Shown one piece after another: positions 44,301 to 60,300 of a stretch of 64,000 bases of DNA; the first letter of the stretch is position 1; the number at the start of each line of letters is the position of its first letter. Source of the stretch: Eledone cirrhosa. Taxonomy: Eukaryota. Location: assembly GCA_964016885.1 (NCBI GenBank), contig OZ024740.1, forward strand, positions 415,710,001 to 415,774,000. Reading direction: 5' to 3'. Made by a program: the position numbers and the translations under genes. The notes under the pieces were generated by a model. The model made no database searches, was not told the DNA's origin, and saw only the letters and a program-made list of their open reading frames with translations.

Positions 44301-47300
44301 AGAACACTGTGGGTATGGACATATGTTGTGTATGGGGGATGACAGTGAATCAGATATAGTGTGTAAGAGAGAACACTGTGGGTATGGACATATGTTGTGT
44401 ATGGGGGAAGACAGTGAATCAGATATAGAGTGTAAGAGAGAACACTGTGGGTATGGACATATGTTGTGTATGGGGGATGACAGTGAATCAGATATAGTGT
44501 GTAAGAGAGAACACTGTGGGTATGGACATATGTTGTGTATGGGGGATGACAGTGAATCAGATATAGTGTGGAAGAGAGAACACTGTGGGTATGGACATAT
44601 GTTGTGTATGGGGGATGACAGTGAATCAGATATAGTGTGTAAGAGAGAACACTGTGGGTATGGACATATGTTGTGTATGGGGGAAGACAGTGAATCAGAT
44701 ATAGTGTGTAAGAGAGAACACTGTGGGTATGGACATATGTTGTGTATGGTGGAAGACAGTGAATCAGATATATAGTGTAAGAGAGAACACTGTGGGTATG
44801 GACATATGTTGTGTATGGGGGATGACAGTGAATCAGATATAGTGTGTCAGAGAGAACACTGAGGGTATGGACATATGTTGTGTATGGGGGATGACAGTGA
44901 ATCAGATATAGTGTGTAAGAGAGAACACTGAGGGTATGGAAATATGTTGTGTATGGGGGATGAGAGTGAATCAGATATAGAGTGTAAGAGAGAACACTGT
45001 GGGTATGGACATATGTTGTGTATGGGGGATGACAGTGAATCAGATATAGTGTGTAAGAGAGAACACTGTGGGTATGGACATATGTTGTGCATGGTGGATG
45101 ACAGTGAATCAGATATAGTGTGTAAGAGAGAACACTGTGGGTATGGACATATGTTGTGTATGTGGGATGACAGTGAATCAAATATAGTGTGTAAGAGAGA
45201 ACACTGTGGGTATGGACATATGTTGTGTATGGGGGATGACAGTGAATCACATATAGTGTGTAAGAGAGAACACTGTGGGTATGGACATATGTTGTGTATG
45301 GGGGATGACAGTGAATCAAATATAGTGTGTAAGAGAGAACACTGTGGGTATGGACATATGTTGTGTATGGGGGATGACAGTGAATCAGATATAGTGTGTA
45401 AGAGAGAACACTGTGGGTATGGACATATGTTGTGTATGGTGGTTGACAGTGAATCAGATATAGTGTGTAAGAGAGAACACTGTGGGTATGGACATATGTT
45501 GTGTATGGTGGATGACAGTGACTCAGATATAGTGTGTAAGAGAGAACACTGTGGGTATGGACATATGTTGTGTATGGGGGAAGACAGTGAATCAGATATA
45601 GAGGGTAAGAGAGAACACTGTGGGTATGGACATATGTTGTGTATGGGGGATGACAGTGAATCAGATACAGTGTGAAAGAGAGAACACTGTGCGTATGGAC
45701 ATATGTTGTGTATGGGGGAAGACAGTGAATCAGATATAGAGTGTAAGAGAGAACACTGTGGGTATGGACATATGTTGTGTATGGGCGATGACAGTGAATC
45801 AGATATAGTGTGTAAGAGAGAACACTGTGGGTATGGACATATGTTGTGTATGGGGGAAGACAGTGAATCAGAAATAGAGTGTAAGAGAGAACACTGTGGG
45901 TATGGACATATGTTGTGTATGGGCGATGACAGTGAATCAAATATAGTGTGTAAGAGAGAACACTGTGGGTATGGACATATGTTGTGTATGGGGGATGACA
46001 GTGAATCAGATATAGTGTGTAAGAGAGAACACTGTGCGTATGGACATATGTTGTGCATGATGGATGACAGTGAATCAGATATAGTGTGTAAGAGAGAACA
46101 CTGTGGGTATGGACATATGTTGTGTATGGGGGAAGACAGTGAATCAGATATAGAGTGTAAGAGAGAACACTGTGGGTATGGACATATGTTGTGTATGGGG
46201 GATGACAGTGAATCAGATATAGTGTGTAAGAGAGAACACTGTGGGTAATGAACATATGTTGTGTATGGGGGATGACAGTGAATCAGATATAGTGTGTAAG
46301 AGAGAACACTGTGGGTATGGACATATGTTGTGTATGGGGGATGACAGTGAATCAGATATAGTGTGTAAGAGAGAACACTGTGCGTATGGACATATGTTTT
46401 GTATGGGGGAAGACAGTGAATCAGATATAGTGTGTAAGAGAGAACACTGTGGGTATGGACATATGTTGTGTATGGTGGAAGACAGTGAATCAGATATATA
46501 GTGTAAGAGAGAACACTGTGGATATGGACATATGTTGTGTATGGGGGATGACAGTGAATCAGATATAGAGTGTAAGAGAGAACACTGTGGGTATGGACAT
46601 ATGTTGTGTATGTGGGAAGACAGTGAATCAGATATAGAGTGTAAGAGAGAACACTGTGGGTATGGACATATGTTGTGTATGGGGGAAGAGAGTGAATCAG
46701 ATATAGAGTGTAAGAGAGAACACTGTGGGTATGGACATATGTTGTGTATGGGGGATGACAGTGAATCAGATATAGTGTGTAAGAGAGAACACTGTGGGTA
46801 TGGACATATGTTGTGTATGGGGGATGACAGTGAATCAGATATAGTGTGTAAGAGAGAACACTGTGGGTATGGACATATGTTGTGTATGGTGGTTGACAGT
46901 GAATCAGATATAGTGTGTAAGAGAGAACACTGTGGGTATGGACATATGTTGTGTATGGGGGATGACAGTGAATCAAATATAGTGTGTAAGAGAGAACACT
47001 GTGGGTATGGACATATGTTGTGTATGGGGGATGACAGTGAATCAGATATAGTGTGTAAGAGAGAACACTGTGGGTATGGACATATGTTGTGTATGGGGGA
47101 TGACAGTGAATCAAATATAGTGTGTGAGAGAAAACACTGTGGGTATGGACATATGTTGTGTATGGGGGATGACAGTGAATCAGATATAGTGTGTAAGAGA
47201 GAACACTGTGGGTATGGACATATGTTGTGTATGGGGATGACAGTGAATCAAATATAGTGTGTAAGAGAGAACACTGTGGGTATGGACATATGTTGTGTAT

Positions 47301-48380
47301 GGGGGATGACAGTGAATCAGATATAGTGTGTAAGAGAGAACACTGTGGGTATGGACATATGTTGTGTATGGTGGTTGACAGTGAATCAGATATAGTGTGT
47401 AAGAGAGAACACTGTGGGTATGGACATATGTTGTGTATGGTGGATGACAGTGACTCAGATATAGTGTGTAAGAGAGAACACTGTGGGTATGGACATATGT
47501 TGTGTATGGGGGAAGACAGTGAATCAGATATAGAGTGTAAGAGAGAACACTGTGGGTATGGACATATGTTGTGTATGGGCGATGACAGTGAATCAGATAT
47601 AGTGTGTAAGAGAGATCACTGTGTGTATGGACATATGTTGTGCATGGTGGATTACGGTGAATCAGATATAGTGTGTAAGAGAGAACACTGTGGGTATGAA
47701 CATATGTTGTGTATGGGGGATGACAGTGAATCAGATATAGTGTGTAAGAGAGAACACTGTGGTTATGGGCATATGTTGTGCATGATGGATGACAGTGAAT
47801 CAGATATAGTGTATAAGAGAGAACACTGTGGGTATGGACATATGTTGTGTATGGGGGATGACAGTGAATCAGATATAGTGTGTAAGAGAGAACACTGTGG
47901 GTATGGACATATGTTGTGTATGGGGAAGACAGTGAATCAGATATAGAGTGTAAGAGAGAACACTGTGGGTATGGACATATGTTGTGTATGGGGGAAGACA
48001 GTGAGTCAGATATAGTGTGTAAGAGAGAACACTGTGGGTATGGACATATGTTGTGTATGGGGGAAGACAGTGAATCAGATATAGAGTGGTAAGAGAGAAC
48101 ACTGTGGGTATGGAGATATTTTGTGTATGGGGTATGACAGTGAATCAGATATAGAGTGTAAGAGAGAACACTGTGGGTATGGACATATGTTGTGTATGGG
48201 GGATGACAGTGAATCAGATATAGTGTGTAAGAGAGAGCACTGTGGGTATGGACATATGTTGTGTATGGGAGATGACAGTGAATCAGATATAGTGTGTAAG
48301 AGAGAACACTGTGGGTATGGACATATGTTGTGTATGGGGGATGACAGTGAATCAGATATAGTGTGTAAGAGAGAACACTG
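38400..48380. repeat. Tandem duplication of a 73-monomer (5036 bp) block
   Basis: ORFs 38735/43771, 40667/45703, 41496/46532 and 42191/47227 are all offset by 5036. The shared +1 insertion GGGTAATGAAC is at 41207 and 46243, and TCACATATAG at 40211 and 45247. Confidence 0.92.
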
Positions 48381-51300
48381 AGGGTATGGACATATGTTGT
48401 GTATGGGGGATGACAGTGAATCAGATATAGTGTGTAAGAGAGAACACTGAGGGTATGGACATATGTTGTGTATGGGGGATGACAGTGAATCAGATATGGA
48501 GTGTAAGAGAGAACACTGTGGGTATGGACATATGTTGTGCATGGTGGATGACAGTGAATCAGATTTAGTGTGTAAGAGAGAACACTGTGGGTATGGACAT
48601 ATGTTGTGTATGGGGGAAGACAGTGAATCAGATATAGAGTGTAAGAGAGAACACTGTGGGTATGGACATATGTTGTGTATGGGGGAAGACAGTGAATCAG
48701 ATATAGAGTGTAAGAGAGAACACTGTGGGTATGGACATATGTTGTGTATGGGGCATGACAGTGAATCAGATATAGTGTGTAAGAGAGAACACTGTGGGTA
48801 TGGACATATGTTGTGTATGGGGGATGACAGTGAATCAGATATAGTGTGTAAGAGAGAACACTGTGGGTATGGACATATGTTGTGTATGGTGGTTGACAGT
48901 GAATCAGATATAGTGTGTAAGAGAGAACACTGTGGGTATGGACATATGTTGTGTATGGTGGATGACAGTGACTCAGATATAGTGTGTAAGAGAGAACACT
49001 GTGGGTATGGACATATGTTGGGTATGGGGGAAGACAGTGAATCAGATATAGCGTGTAAGAGAGAACACTGTGGGTATGGACATATATTGTGTATGGGGGA
49101 TGACAGTGAATCAGATACAATGTGAAAGAGAGAACACTGTGGGTATGGACATATGTTGTGTATGGTGGATGACAGTGAATCAGATATAGTGTGTACGAGA
49201 GAACACTGTGGGTATGGACATATGTTGTGTATGGAGGATGACAGTGAATCAGATATAGTGTGTAAGAGAGAACACTGAGGGTATGGACATATGTTGTGTA
49301 TGGGGGATGACAGTGAATCAGATATAGTGTGTAAGAGAGAACACTGAGGGTATGGACATATGTTGTGTATGGGGGATGACAGTGAATCAGATATAGAGTG
49401 TAAGAGAGAACACTGTGGGTATGGACATATGTTGTGTATGGGGAAGACAGTGAATCAGATATAGTGTGTAAGAGAGAAGACTGTGGGTATGGACATATGT
49501 TGTGCATGGTGGATGACAGTGAATCAGATATAGTGTGTAAGAGAGAACACTGTGGGTATGGACATATGTTGTGTATGGGGGAAGACAGTGAATCAGATAT
49601 AGAGTGTAAGAGAGAACACTGTGGGTATTGACATATGTTGTGTATGGGGGAAGACAGTGAATCAAATATAGAGTGTAAGAGAGAACACTGTGGGTATGGA
49701 CATATGTTGTGTATGGGGCATGACAGTGAATCAGATATAGTGTGTAAGAGAGAACACTGTGGGTATGGACATATGTTGTGTATGGGGGATGACAGTGAAT
49801 CAGATATAGTGTGTAAGAGAGAACACTGTGGGTATGGACATATGTTGTGTATGGTGGTTGACAGTGAATCAGATATAGTGTGTAAGAGAGAACACTGTGG
49901 GTATGGACATATGTTGTGTATGGTGGATGACAGTGACTCAGATATAGTGTGTAAGAGAGAACACTGTGGGTATGGACATATGTTGTGTATGGGGGAAGAC
50001 AGTGAATCAGATATAGAGTGTAAGAGAGAACACTGTGGGTATGGACATATGTTGTGTATGGGGGATGACAGTGAATCAGATACAGTGTGAAAGAGAGAAC
50101 ACTGTGGGTATGGACATATGTTGTGTATGGTGGATGACAGTGAATCAGATACAGTGTGTACGAGAGAACACTGTGGGTATGGACATATGTTGTGTATGGG
50201 GGAAGACAGTGAATCAGATATAGAGTGTAAGAGAGAACACTGTGGGTATGGACATATGTTGTGTATGGGCGATGACAGTGAATCAGATATAGTGTGTAAG
50301 AGAGAACACTGTGGGTATGGACATATGTTGTGTATGGGGGATGACAGTGAATCAGATATAGTGTGTAAGAGAGAACACTGTGCGTATGGACATATGTTGT
50401 GCATGATGGATGACAGTGAATCAGATATAGTGTGTAAGAGAGAACACTGTGGGTATGGACATATGTTGTGTATGGGGGAAGACAGTGAATCAGATATAGA
50501 GTATAAGAGAGAACACTGTGGGTATGGACATATGTTGTGTATGGGGGATGACAGTGAATCAGATACAGTGTGAAAGAGAGAACACTGTGGGTATGGACAT
50601 ATGTTGTGTATGGTGGATGACAGTGAATCAGATATAGTGTGTACGAGAGAACACTGTGGGTATGGACATATGTTGTGTATGGGGGAAGACAGTGAATCAG
50701 ATATAGAGTGTAAGAGAGAACACTGTGGGTATGGACATATGTTGTGTATGGGCGATGACAGTGAATCAGATATAGTGTGTAAGAGAGAACACTGTGGGTA
50801 TGGACATATGTTGTGTATGGGGGATGACAGTGAATCAGATATAGTGTGTAAGAGAGAACACTGTGCGTATGGACATATGTTGTGCATGATGGATGACAGT
50901 GAATCAGATATAGTGTGTAAGAGAGAACACTGTGGGTATGGACATATGTTGTGTATGGGGGAAGACAGTGAATCAGATATAGAGTATAAGAGAGAACACT
51001 GTGGGTATGGACATATGTTGTGTATGGGGGATGACAGTGAATCAGATATAGTGTGTAAGAGAGAACACTGTGGGTATGGACATATGTTGTGTATGGGGGA
51101 TGACAGTGAATCAGATATAGTGTGTAAGAGAGAACACTGTGGGTATGGACATATGTTGTGTATGGGGGATGACAGTGAATCAGATATAGTGTGTGAGAGA
51201 GAACACTGTGGGTATGGATATATGTTGTGTATGGGGGAAGACAGTGAATCAGATATAGTGTGTAAGAGAGAACACTGTGGGTATGGACATATGTTGTGTA

Positions 51301-54300
51301 TGGTGGTTGACAGTGAATCAGATATAGTGTGTAAGAGAGAACACTGTGGGTATGGACATATGTTGTGTATGGGGGATGACAGTGAATCAAATATAGTGTG
51401 TAAGAGAGAACACTGTGGGTATGGACATATGTTGTGTATGGGGGATGACAGTGAATCAGATATAGTGTGTAAGAGAGAACACTGTGGGTATGGACATATG
51501 TTGTGTATGGGGGATGACAGTGAATCAAATATAGTGTGTGAGAGAAAACACTGTGGGTATGGACATATGTTGTGTATGGGGGATGACAGTGAATCAGATA
51601 TAGTGTGTAAGAGAGAACACTGTGGGTATGGACATATGTTGTGTATGGGGATGACAGTGAATCAAATATAGTGTGTAAGAGAGAACACTGTGGGTATGGA
51701 CATATGTTGTGTATGGGGGATGACAGTGAATCAGATATAGTGTGTAAGAGAGAACACTGTGGGTATGGACATATGTTGTGTATGGTGGTTGACAGTGAAT
51801 CAGATATAGTGTGTAAGAGAGAACACTGTGGGTATGGACATATGTTGTGTATGGTGGATGACAGTGACTCAGATATAGTGTGTAAGAGAGAACACTGTGG
51901 GTATGGACATATGTTGTGTATGGGGGAAGACAGTGAATCAGATATAGAGTGTAAGAGAGAACACTGTGGGTATGGACATATGTTGTGTATGGGCGATGAC
52001 AGTGAATCAGATATAGTGTGTAAGAGAGATCACTGTGTGTATGGACATATGTTGTGCATGGTGGATTACGGTGAATCAGATATAGTGTGTAAGAGAGAAC
52101 ACTGTGGGTATGAACATATGTTGTGTATGGGGGATGACAGTGAATCAGATATAGTGTGTAAGAGAGAACACTGTGGTTATGGGCATATGTTGTGCATGAT
52201 GGATGACAGTGAATCAGATATAGTGTATAAGAGAGAACACTGTGGGTATGGACATATGTTGTGTATGGGGGATGACAGTGAATCAGATATAGTGTGTAAG
52301 AGAGAACACTGTGGGTATGGACATATGTTGTGTATGGGGAAGACAGTGAATCAGATATAGAGTGTAAGAGAGAACACTGTGGGTATGGACATATGTTGTG
52401 TATGGGGGAAGACAGTGAGTCAGATATAGTGTGTAAGAGAGAACACTGTGGGTATGGACATATGTTGTGTATGGGGGAAGACAGTGAATCAGATATAGAG
52501 TGTAAGAGAGAACACTGTGGGTATGGAGATATTTTGTGTATGGGGTATGACAGTGAATCAGATATAGAGTGTAAGAGAGAACACTGTGGGTATGGACATA
52601 TGTTGTGTATGGGGGATGACAGTGAATCAGATATAGTGTGTAAGAGAGAGCACTGTGGGTATGGACATATGTTGTGTATGGGAGATGACAGTGAATCAGA
52701 TATAGTGTGTAAGAGAGAACACTGTGGGTATGGACATATGTTGTGTATGGGGGATGACAGTGAATCAGATATAGTGTGTAAGAGAGAACACTGTGGGTAT
52801 GGACATATGTTGTGCATGGTGGATGACAGTGAATCAGATATAGTGTGTAAGAGAGAACACTGTGGGTATGGACATATATTGTGCATGGTGGATGACAGTG
52901 AATCAGATATAGTGTGTAAGAGAGAACACTGTGGGTATGGACATATGTTGTGTATGGGGGAAGACAGTGAATCAGATATAGAGTGTAAGAGAGAACACTC
53001 TGGGTATGGACATATGTTGTGTATGGGGGAAGACAGTGAATCAGATATAGAGTGTAAGAGAGAACACTGTGGGTATGGACATATGTTGTGTATGGGGCAT
53101 GACAGTGAATCAGATATAGTGTGTAAGAGAGAACACTGTGGGTATGGACATATGTTGTGTATGGGGGATGACAGTGAATCAGATACAGTGTGAAAGAGAG
53201 AACACTGTGGGTATGGACATATGTTGTGTATGGTGGATGACAGTGAATCAGATATAGTGTGTACGAGAGAACACTGTGGGTATGGACATATGTTGTGTAT
53301 GGGGGAAGACAGTGAATCAGATATAGAGTGTAAGAGAGAACACTGTGGGTATGGACATATGTTGTGTATGGGCGATGACAGTGAATCAGATATAGTGTGT
53401 AAGAGAGAACACTGTGGGTATGGACATATGTTGTGTATGGGGGATGACAGTGAATCAGATATAGTGTGTAAGAGAGAACACTGTGGGTATGGACATATGT
53501 TGTGTATGGGGGAAGACAGTGAATCAGATATAGAGTGTAAGAGAGAACACTGTGGGTATGGACATATGTTGTGTATGGGGGATGACAGTGAATCAGATAT
53601 AGTGTGTAAGAGAGAACACTGTGGGTATGGACATATGTTGTGTATGGGGGATGACAGTGAATCAGATATAGTGTGTAAGAGAGAACACTGTGGGTATGGA
53701 CATATGTTGTGCATGGTGGATGACAGTGAATCAGATATAGTGTGTAAGAGAGAACACTGTGGGTATGGACATATGTTGTGTATGGGGGATGACAGTGAAT
53801 CAGATATAGTGTGTAAGAGAGAACACTGTGGGTATGGACATATGTTGTGTATGGGGGAAGACAGTGAATCAGATATAGAGTGTAAGAGAGAACACTGTGG
53901 GTATGGACATATGTTGTGTATGGGGGATGACAGTGAATCAGATATAGTGTGTAAGAGAGAACACTGTGGGTATGGACATATGTTGTGTATGGGGGATGAC
54001 AGTGAATCAGATATAGTGTGGAAGAGAGAACACTGTGGGTATGGACATATGTTGTGTATGGGGGATGACAGTGAATCAGATATAGTGTGTAAGAGAGAAC
54101 ACTGTGGGTATGGACATATGTTGTGTATGGGGGAAGACAGTGAATCAGATATAGTGTGTAAGAGAGAACACTGTGGGTATGGACATATGTTGTGTATGGT
54201 GGAAGACAGTGAATCAGATATATAGTGTAAGAGAGAACACTGTGGGTATGGACATATGTTGTGTATGGGGGATGACAGTGAATCAGATATAGTGTGTAAG

Positions 54301-57300
54301 AGAGAACACTGAGGGTATGGACATATGTTGTGTATGGGGGATGACAGTGAATCAGATATAGTGTGTAAGAGAGAACACTGAGGGTATGGAAATATGTTGT
54401 GTATGGGGGATGAGAGTGAATCAGATATAGAGTGTAAGAGAGAACACTGTGGGTATGGACATATGTTGTGTATGGGGGATGACAGTGAATCAGATATAGT
54501 GTGTAAGAGAGAACACTGTGGGTATGGACATATGTTGTGCATGGTGGATGACAGTGAATCAGATATAGTGTGTAAGAGAGAACACTGTGGGTATGGACAT
54601 ATGTTGTGTATGTGGGATGACAGTGAATCAAATATAGTGTGTAAGAGAGAACACTGTGGGTATGGACATATGTTGTGTATGGGGGATGACAGTGAATCAC
54701 ATATAGTGTGTAAGAGAGAACACTGTGGGTATGGACATATGTTGTGTATGGGGGATGACAGTGAATCAAATATAGTGTGTAAGAGAGAACACTGTGGGTA
54801 TGGACATATGTTGTGTATGGGGGATGACAGTGAATCAGATATAGTGTGTAAGAGAGAACACTGTGGGTATGGACATATGTTGTGTATGGTGGTTGACAGT
54901 GAATCAGATATAGTGTGTAAGAGAGAACACTGTGGGTATGGACATATGTTGTGTATGGTGGATGACAGTGACTCAGATATAGTGTGTAAGAGAGAACACT
55001 GTGGGTATGGACATATGTTGTGTATGGGGGAAGACAGTGAATCAGATATAGAGGGTAAGAGAGAACACTGTGGGTATGGACATATGTTGTGTATGGGGGA
55101 TGACAGTGAATCAGATACAGTGTGAAAGAGAGAACACTGTGCGTATGGACATATGTTGTGTATGGGGGAAGACAGTGAATCAGATATAGAGTGTAAGAGA
55201 GAACACTGTGGGTATGGACATATGTTGTGTATGGGCGATGACAGTGAATCAGATATAGTGTGTAAGAGAGAACACTGTGGGTATGGACATATGTTGTGTA
55301 TGGGGGAAGACAGTGAATCAGAAATAGAGTGTAAGAGAGAACACTGTGGGTATGGACATATGTTGTGTATGGGCGATGACAGTGAATCAAATATAGTGTG
55401 TAAGAGAGAACACTGTGGGTATGGACATATGTTGTGTATGGGGGATGACAGTGAATCAGATATAGTGTGTAAGAGAGAACACTGTGCGTATGGACATATG
55501 TTGTGCATGATGGATGACAGTGAATCAGATATAGTGTGTAAGAGAGAACACTGTGGGTATGGACATATGTTGTGTATGGGGGAAGACAGTGAATCAGATA
55601 TAGAGTGTAAGAGAGAACACTGTGGGTATGGACATATGTTGTGTATGGGGGATGACAGTGAATCAGATATAGTGTGTAAGAGAGAACACTGTGGGTAATG
55701 AACATATGTTGTGTATGGGGGATGACAGTGAATCAGATATAGTGTGTAAGAGAGAACACTGTGGGTATGGACATATGTTGTGTATGGGGGATGACAGTGA
55801 ATCAGATATAGTGTGTAAGAGAGAACACTGTGCGTATGGACATATGTTTTGTATGGGGGAAGACAGTGAATCAGATATAGTGTGTAAGAGAGAACACTGT
55901 GGGTATGGACATATGTTGTGTATGGTGGAAGACAGTGAATCAGATATATAGTGTAAGAGAGAACACTGTGGATATGGACATATGTTGTGTATGGGGGATG
56001 ACAGTGAATCAGATATAGAGTGTAAGAGAGAACACTGTGGGTATGGACATATGTTGTGTATGTGGGAAGACAGTGAATCAGATATAGAGTGTAAGAGAGA
56101 ACACTGTGGGTATGGACATATGTTGTGTATGGGGGAAGAGAGTGAATCAGATATAGAGTGTAAGAGAGAACACTGTGGGTATGGACATATGTTGTGTATG
56201 GGGGATGACAGTGAATCAGATATAGTGTGTAAGAGAGAACACTGTGGGTATGGACATATGTTGTGTATGGGGGATGACAGTAAATCAGATATAGTGTGTA
56301 AGAGAGAACACTGTGGGTATGGACATATGTTGTGTATGGTGGTTGACAGTGAATCAGATATAGTGTGTAAGAGAGAACACTGTGGGTATGGACATATGTT
56401 GTGTATGGGGGATGACAGTGAATCAAATATAGTGTGTAAGAGAGAACACTGTGGGTATGGACATATGTTGTGTATGGGGGATGACAGTGAATCAGATATA
56501 GTGTGTAAGAGAGAACACTGTGGGTATGGACATATGTTGTGTATGGGGGATGACAGTGAATCAAATATAGTGTGTGAGAGAAAACACTGTGGGTATGGAC
56601 ATATGTTGTGTATGGGGGATGACAGTGAATCAGATATAGTGTGTAAGAGAGAACACTGTGGGTATGGACATATGTTGTGTATGGGGATGACAGTGAATCA
56701 AATATAGTGTGTAAGAGAGAACACTGTGGGTATGGACATATGTTGTGTATGGGGGATGACAGTGAATCAGATATAGTGTGTAAGAGAGAACACTGTGGGT
56801 ATGGACATATGTTGTGTATGGTGGTTGACAGTGAATCAGATATAGTGTGTAAGAGAGAACACTGTGGGTATGGACATATGTTGTGTATGGTGGATGACAG
56901 TGACTCAGATATAGTGTGTAAGAGAGAACACTGTGGGTATGGACATATGTTGTGTATGGGGGAAGACAGTGAATCAGATATAGAGTGTAAGAGAGAACAC
57001 TGTGGGTATGGACATATGTTGTGTATGGGCGATGACAGTGAATCAGATATAGTGTGTAAGAGAGATCACTGTGTGTATGGACATATGTTGTGCATGGTGG
57101 ATTACGGTGAATCAGATATAGTGTGTAAGAGAGAACACTGTGGGTATGAACATATGTTGTGTATGGGGGATGACAGTGAATCAGATATAGTGTGTAAGAG
57201 AGAACACTGTGGTTATGGGCATATGTTGTGCATGATGGATGACAGTGAATCAGATATAGTGTATAAGAGAGAACACTGTGGGTATGGACATATGTTGTGT

Positions 57301-60300
57301 ATGGGGGATGACAGTGAATCAGATATAGTGTGTAAGAGAGAACACTGTGGGTATGGACATATGTTGTGTATGGGGAAGACAGTGAATCAGATATAGAGTG
57401 TAAGAGAGAACACTGTGGGTATGGACATATGTTGTGTATGGGGGAAGACAGTGAGTCAGATATAGTGTGTAAGAGAGAACACTGTGGGTATGGACATATG
57501 TTGTGTATGGGGGAAGACAGTGAATCAGATATAGAGTGGTAAGAGAGAACACTGTGGGTATGGAGATATTTTGTGTATGGGGTATGACAGTGAATCAGAT
57601 ATAGAGTGTAAGAGAGAACACTGTGGGTATGGACATATGTTGTGTATGGGGGATGACAGTGAATCAGATATAGTGTGTAAGAGAGAGCACTGTGGGTATG
57701 GACATATGTTGTGTATGGGAGATGACAGTGAATCAGATATAGTGTGTAAGAGAGAACACTGTGGGTATGGACATATGTTGTGTATGGGGGATGACAGTGA
57801 ATCAGATATAGTGTGTAAGAGAGAACACTGAGGGTATGGACATATGTTGTGTATGGGGGATGACAGTGAATCAGATATAGTGTGTAAGAGAGAACACTGA
57901 GGGTATGGACATATGTTGTGTATGGGGGATGACAGTGAATCAGATATGGAGTGTAAGAGAGAACACTGTGGGTATGGACATATGTTGTGCATGGTGGATG
58001 ACAGTGAATCAGATTTAGTGTGTAAGAGAGAACACTGTGGGTATGGACATATGTTGTGTATGGGGGAAGACAGTGAATCAGATATAGAGTGTAAGAGAGA
58101 ACACTGTGGGTATGGACATATGTTGTGTATGGGGGAAGACAGTGAATCAGATATAGAGTGTAAGAGAGAACACTGTGGGTATGGACATATGTTGTGTATG
58201 GGGCATGACAGTGAATCAGATATAGTGTGTAAGAGAGAACACTGTGGGTATGGACATATGTTGTGTATGGGGGATGACAGTGAATCAGATATAGTGTGTA
58301 AGAGAGAACACTGTGGGTATGGACATATGTTGTGTATGGTGGTTGACAGTGAATCAGATATAGTGTGTAAGAGAGAACACTGTGGGTATGGACATATGTT
58401 GTGTATGGTGGATGACAGTGACTCAGATATAGTGTGTAAGAGAGAACACTGTGGGTATGGACATATGTTGTGTATGGGGGAAGACAGTGAATCAGATATA
58501 GCGTGTAAGAGAGAACACTGTGGGTATGGACATATATTGTGTATGGGGGATGACAGTGAATCAGATACAATGTGAAAGAGAGAACACTGTGGGTATGGAC
58601 ATATGTTGTGTATGGTGGATGACAGTGAATCAGATATAGTGTGTACGAGAGAACACTGTGGGTATGGACATATGTTGTGTATGGAGGATGACAGTGAATC
58701 AGATATAGTGTGTAAGAGAGAACACTGAGGGTATGGACATATGTTGTGTATGGGGGATGACAGTGAATCAGATATAGTGTGTAAGAGAGAACACTGAGGG
58801 TATGGACATATGTTGTGTATGGGGGATGACAGTGAATCAGATATAGAGTGTAAGAGAGAACACTGTGGGTATGGACATATGTTGTGTATGGGGAAGACAG
58901 TGAATCAGATATAGTGTGTAAGAGAGAAGACTGTGGGTATGGACATATGTTGTGCATGGTGGATGACAGTGAATCAGATATAGTGTGTAAGAGAGAACAC
59001 TGTGGGTATGGACATATGTTGTGTATGGGGGAAGACAGTGAATCAGATATAGAGTGTAAGAGAGAACACTGTGGGTATTGACATATGTTGTGTATGGGGG
59101 AAGACAGTGAATCAAATATAGAGTGTAAGAGAGAACACTGTGGGTATGGACATATGTTGTGTATGGGGCATGACAGTGAATCAGATATAGTGTGTAAGAG
59201 AGAACACTGTGGGTATGGACATATGTTGTGTATGGGGGATGACAGTGAATCAGATATAGTGTGTAAGAGAGAACACTGTGGGTATGGACATATGTTGTGT
59301 ATGGTGGTTGACAGTGAATCAGATATAGTGTGTAAGAGAGAACACTGTGGGTATGGACATATGTTGTGTATGGGGGAAGACAGTGAATCAGATATAGAGT
59401 GTAAGAGAGAACACTGTGGGTATGGACATATGTTGTGTATGGGGGATGACAGTGAATCAGATACAGTGTGAAAGAGAGAACACTGTGGGTATGGACATAT
59501 GTTGTGTATGGTGGATGACAGTGAATCAGATACAGTGTGTACGAGAGAACACTGTGGGTATGGACATATGTTGTGTATGGGGGAAGACAGTGAATCAGAT
59601 ATAGAGTGTAAGAGAGAACACTGTGGGTATGGACATATGTTGTGTATGGGCGATGACAGTGAATCAGATATAGTGTGTAAGAGAGAACACTGTGGGTATG
59701 GACATATGTTGTGTATGGGGGATGACAGTGAATCAGATATAGTGTGTAAGAGAGAACACTGTGCGTATGGACATATGTTGTGCATGATGGATGACAGTGA
59801 ATCAGATATAGTGTGTAAGAGAGAACACTGTGGGTATGGACATATGTTGTGTATGGGGGAAGACAGTGAATCAGATATAGAGTATAAGAGAGAACACTGT
59901 GGGTATGGACATATGTTGTGTATGGGGGATGACAGTGAATCAGATACAGTGTGAAAGAGAGAACACTGTGGGTATGGACATATGTTGTGTATGGTGGATG
60001 ACAGTGAATCAGATATAGTGTGTACGAGAGAACACTGTGGGTATGGACATATGTTGTGTATGGGGGAAGACAGTGAATCAGATATAGAGTGTAAGAGAGA
60101 ACACTGTGGGTATGGACATATGTTGTGTATGGGCGATGACAGTGAATCAGATATAGTGTGTAAGAGAGAACACTGTGGGTATGGACATATGTTGTGTATG
60201 GGGGATGACAGTGAATCAGATATAGTGTGTAAGAGAGAACACTGTGCGTATGGACATATGTTGTGCATGATGGATGACAGTGAATCAGATATAGTGTGTA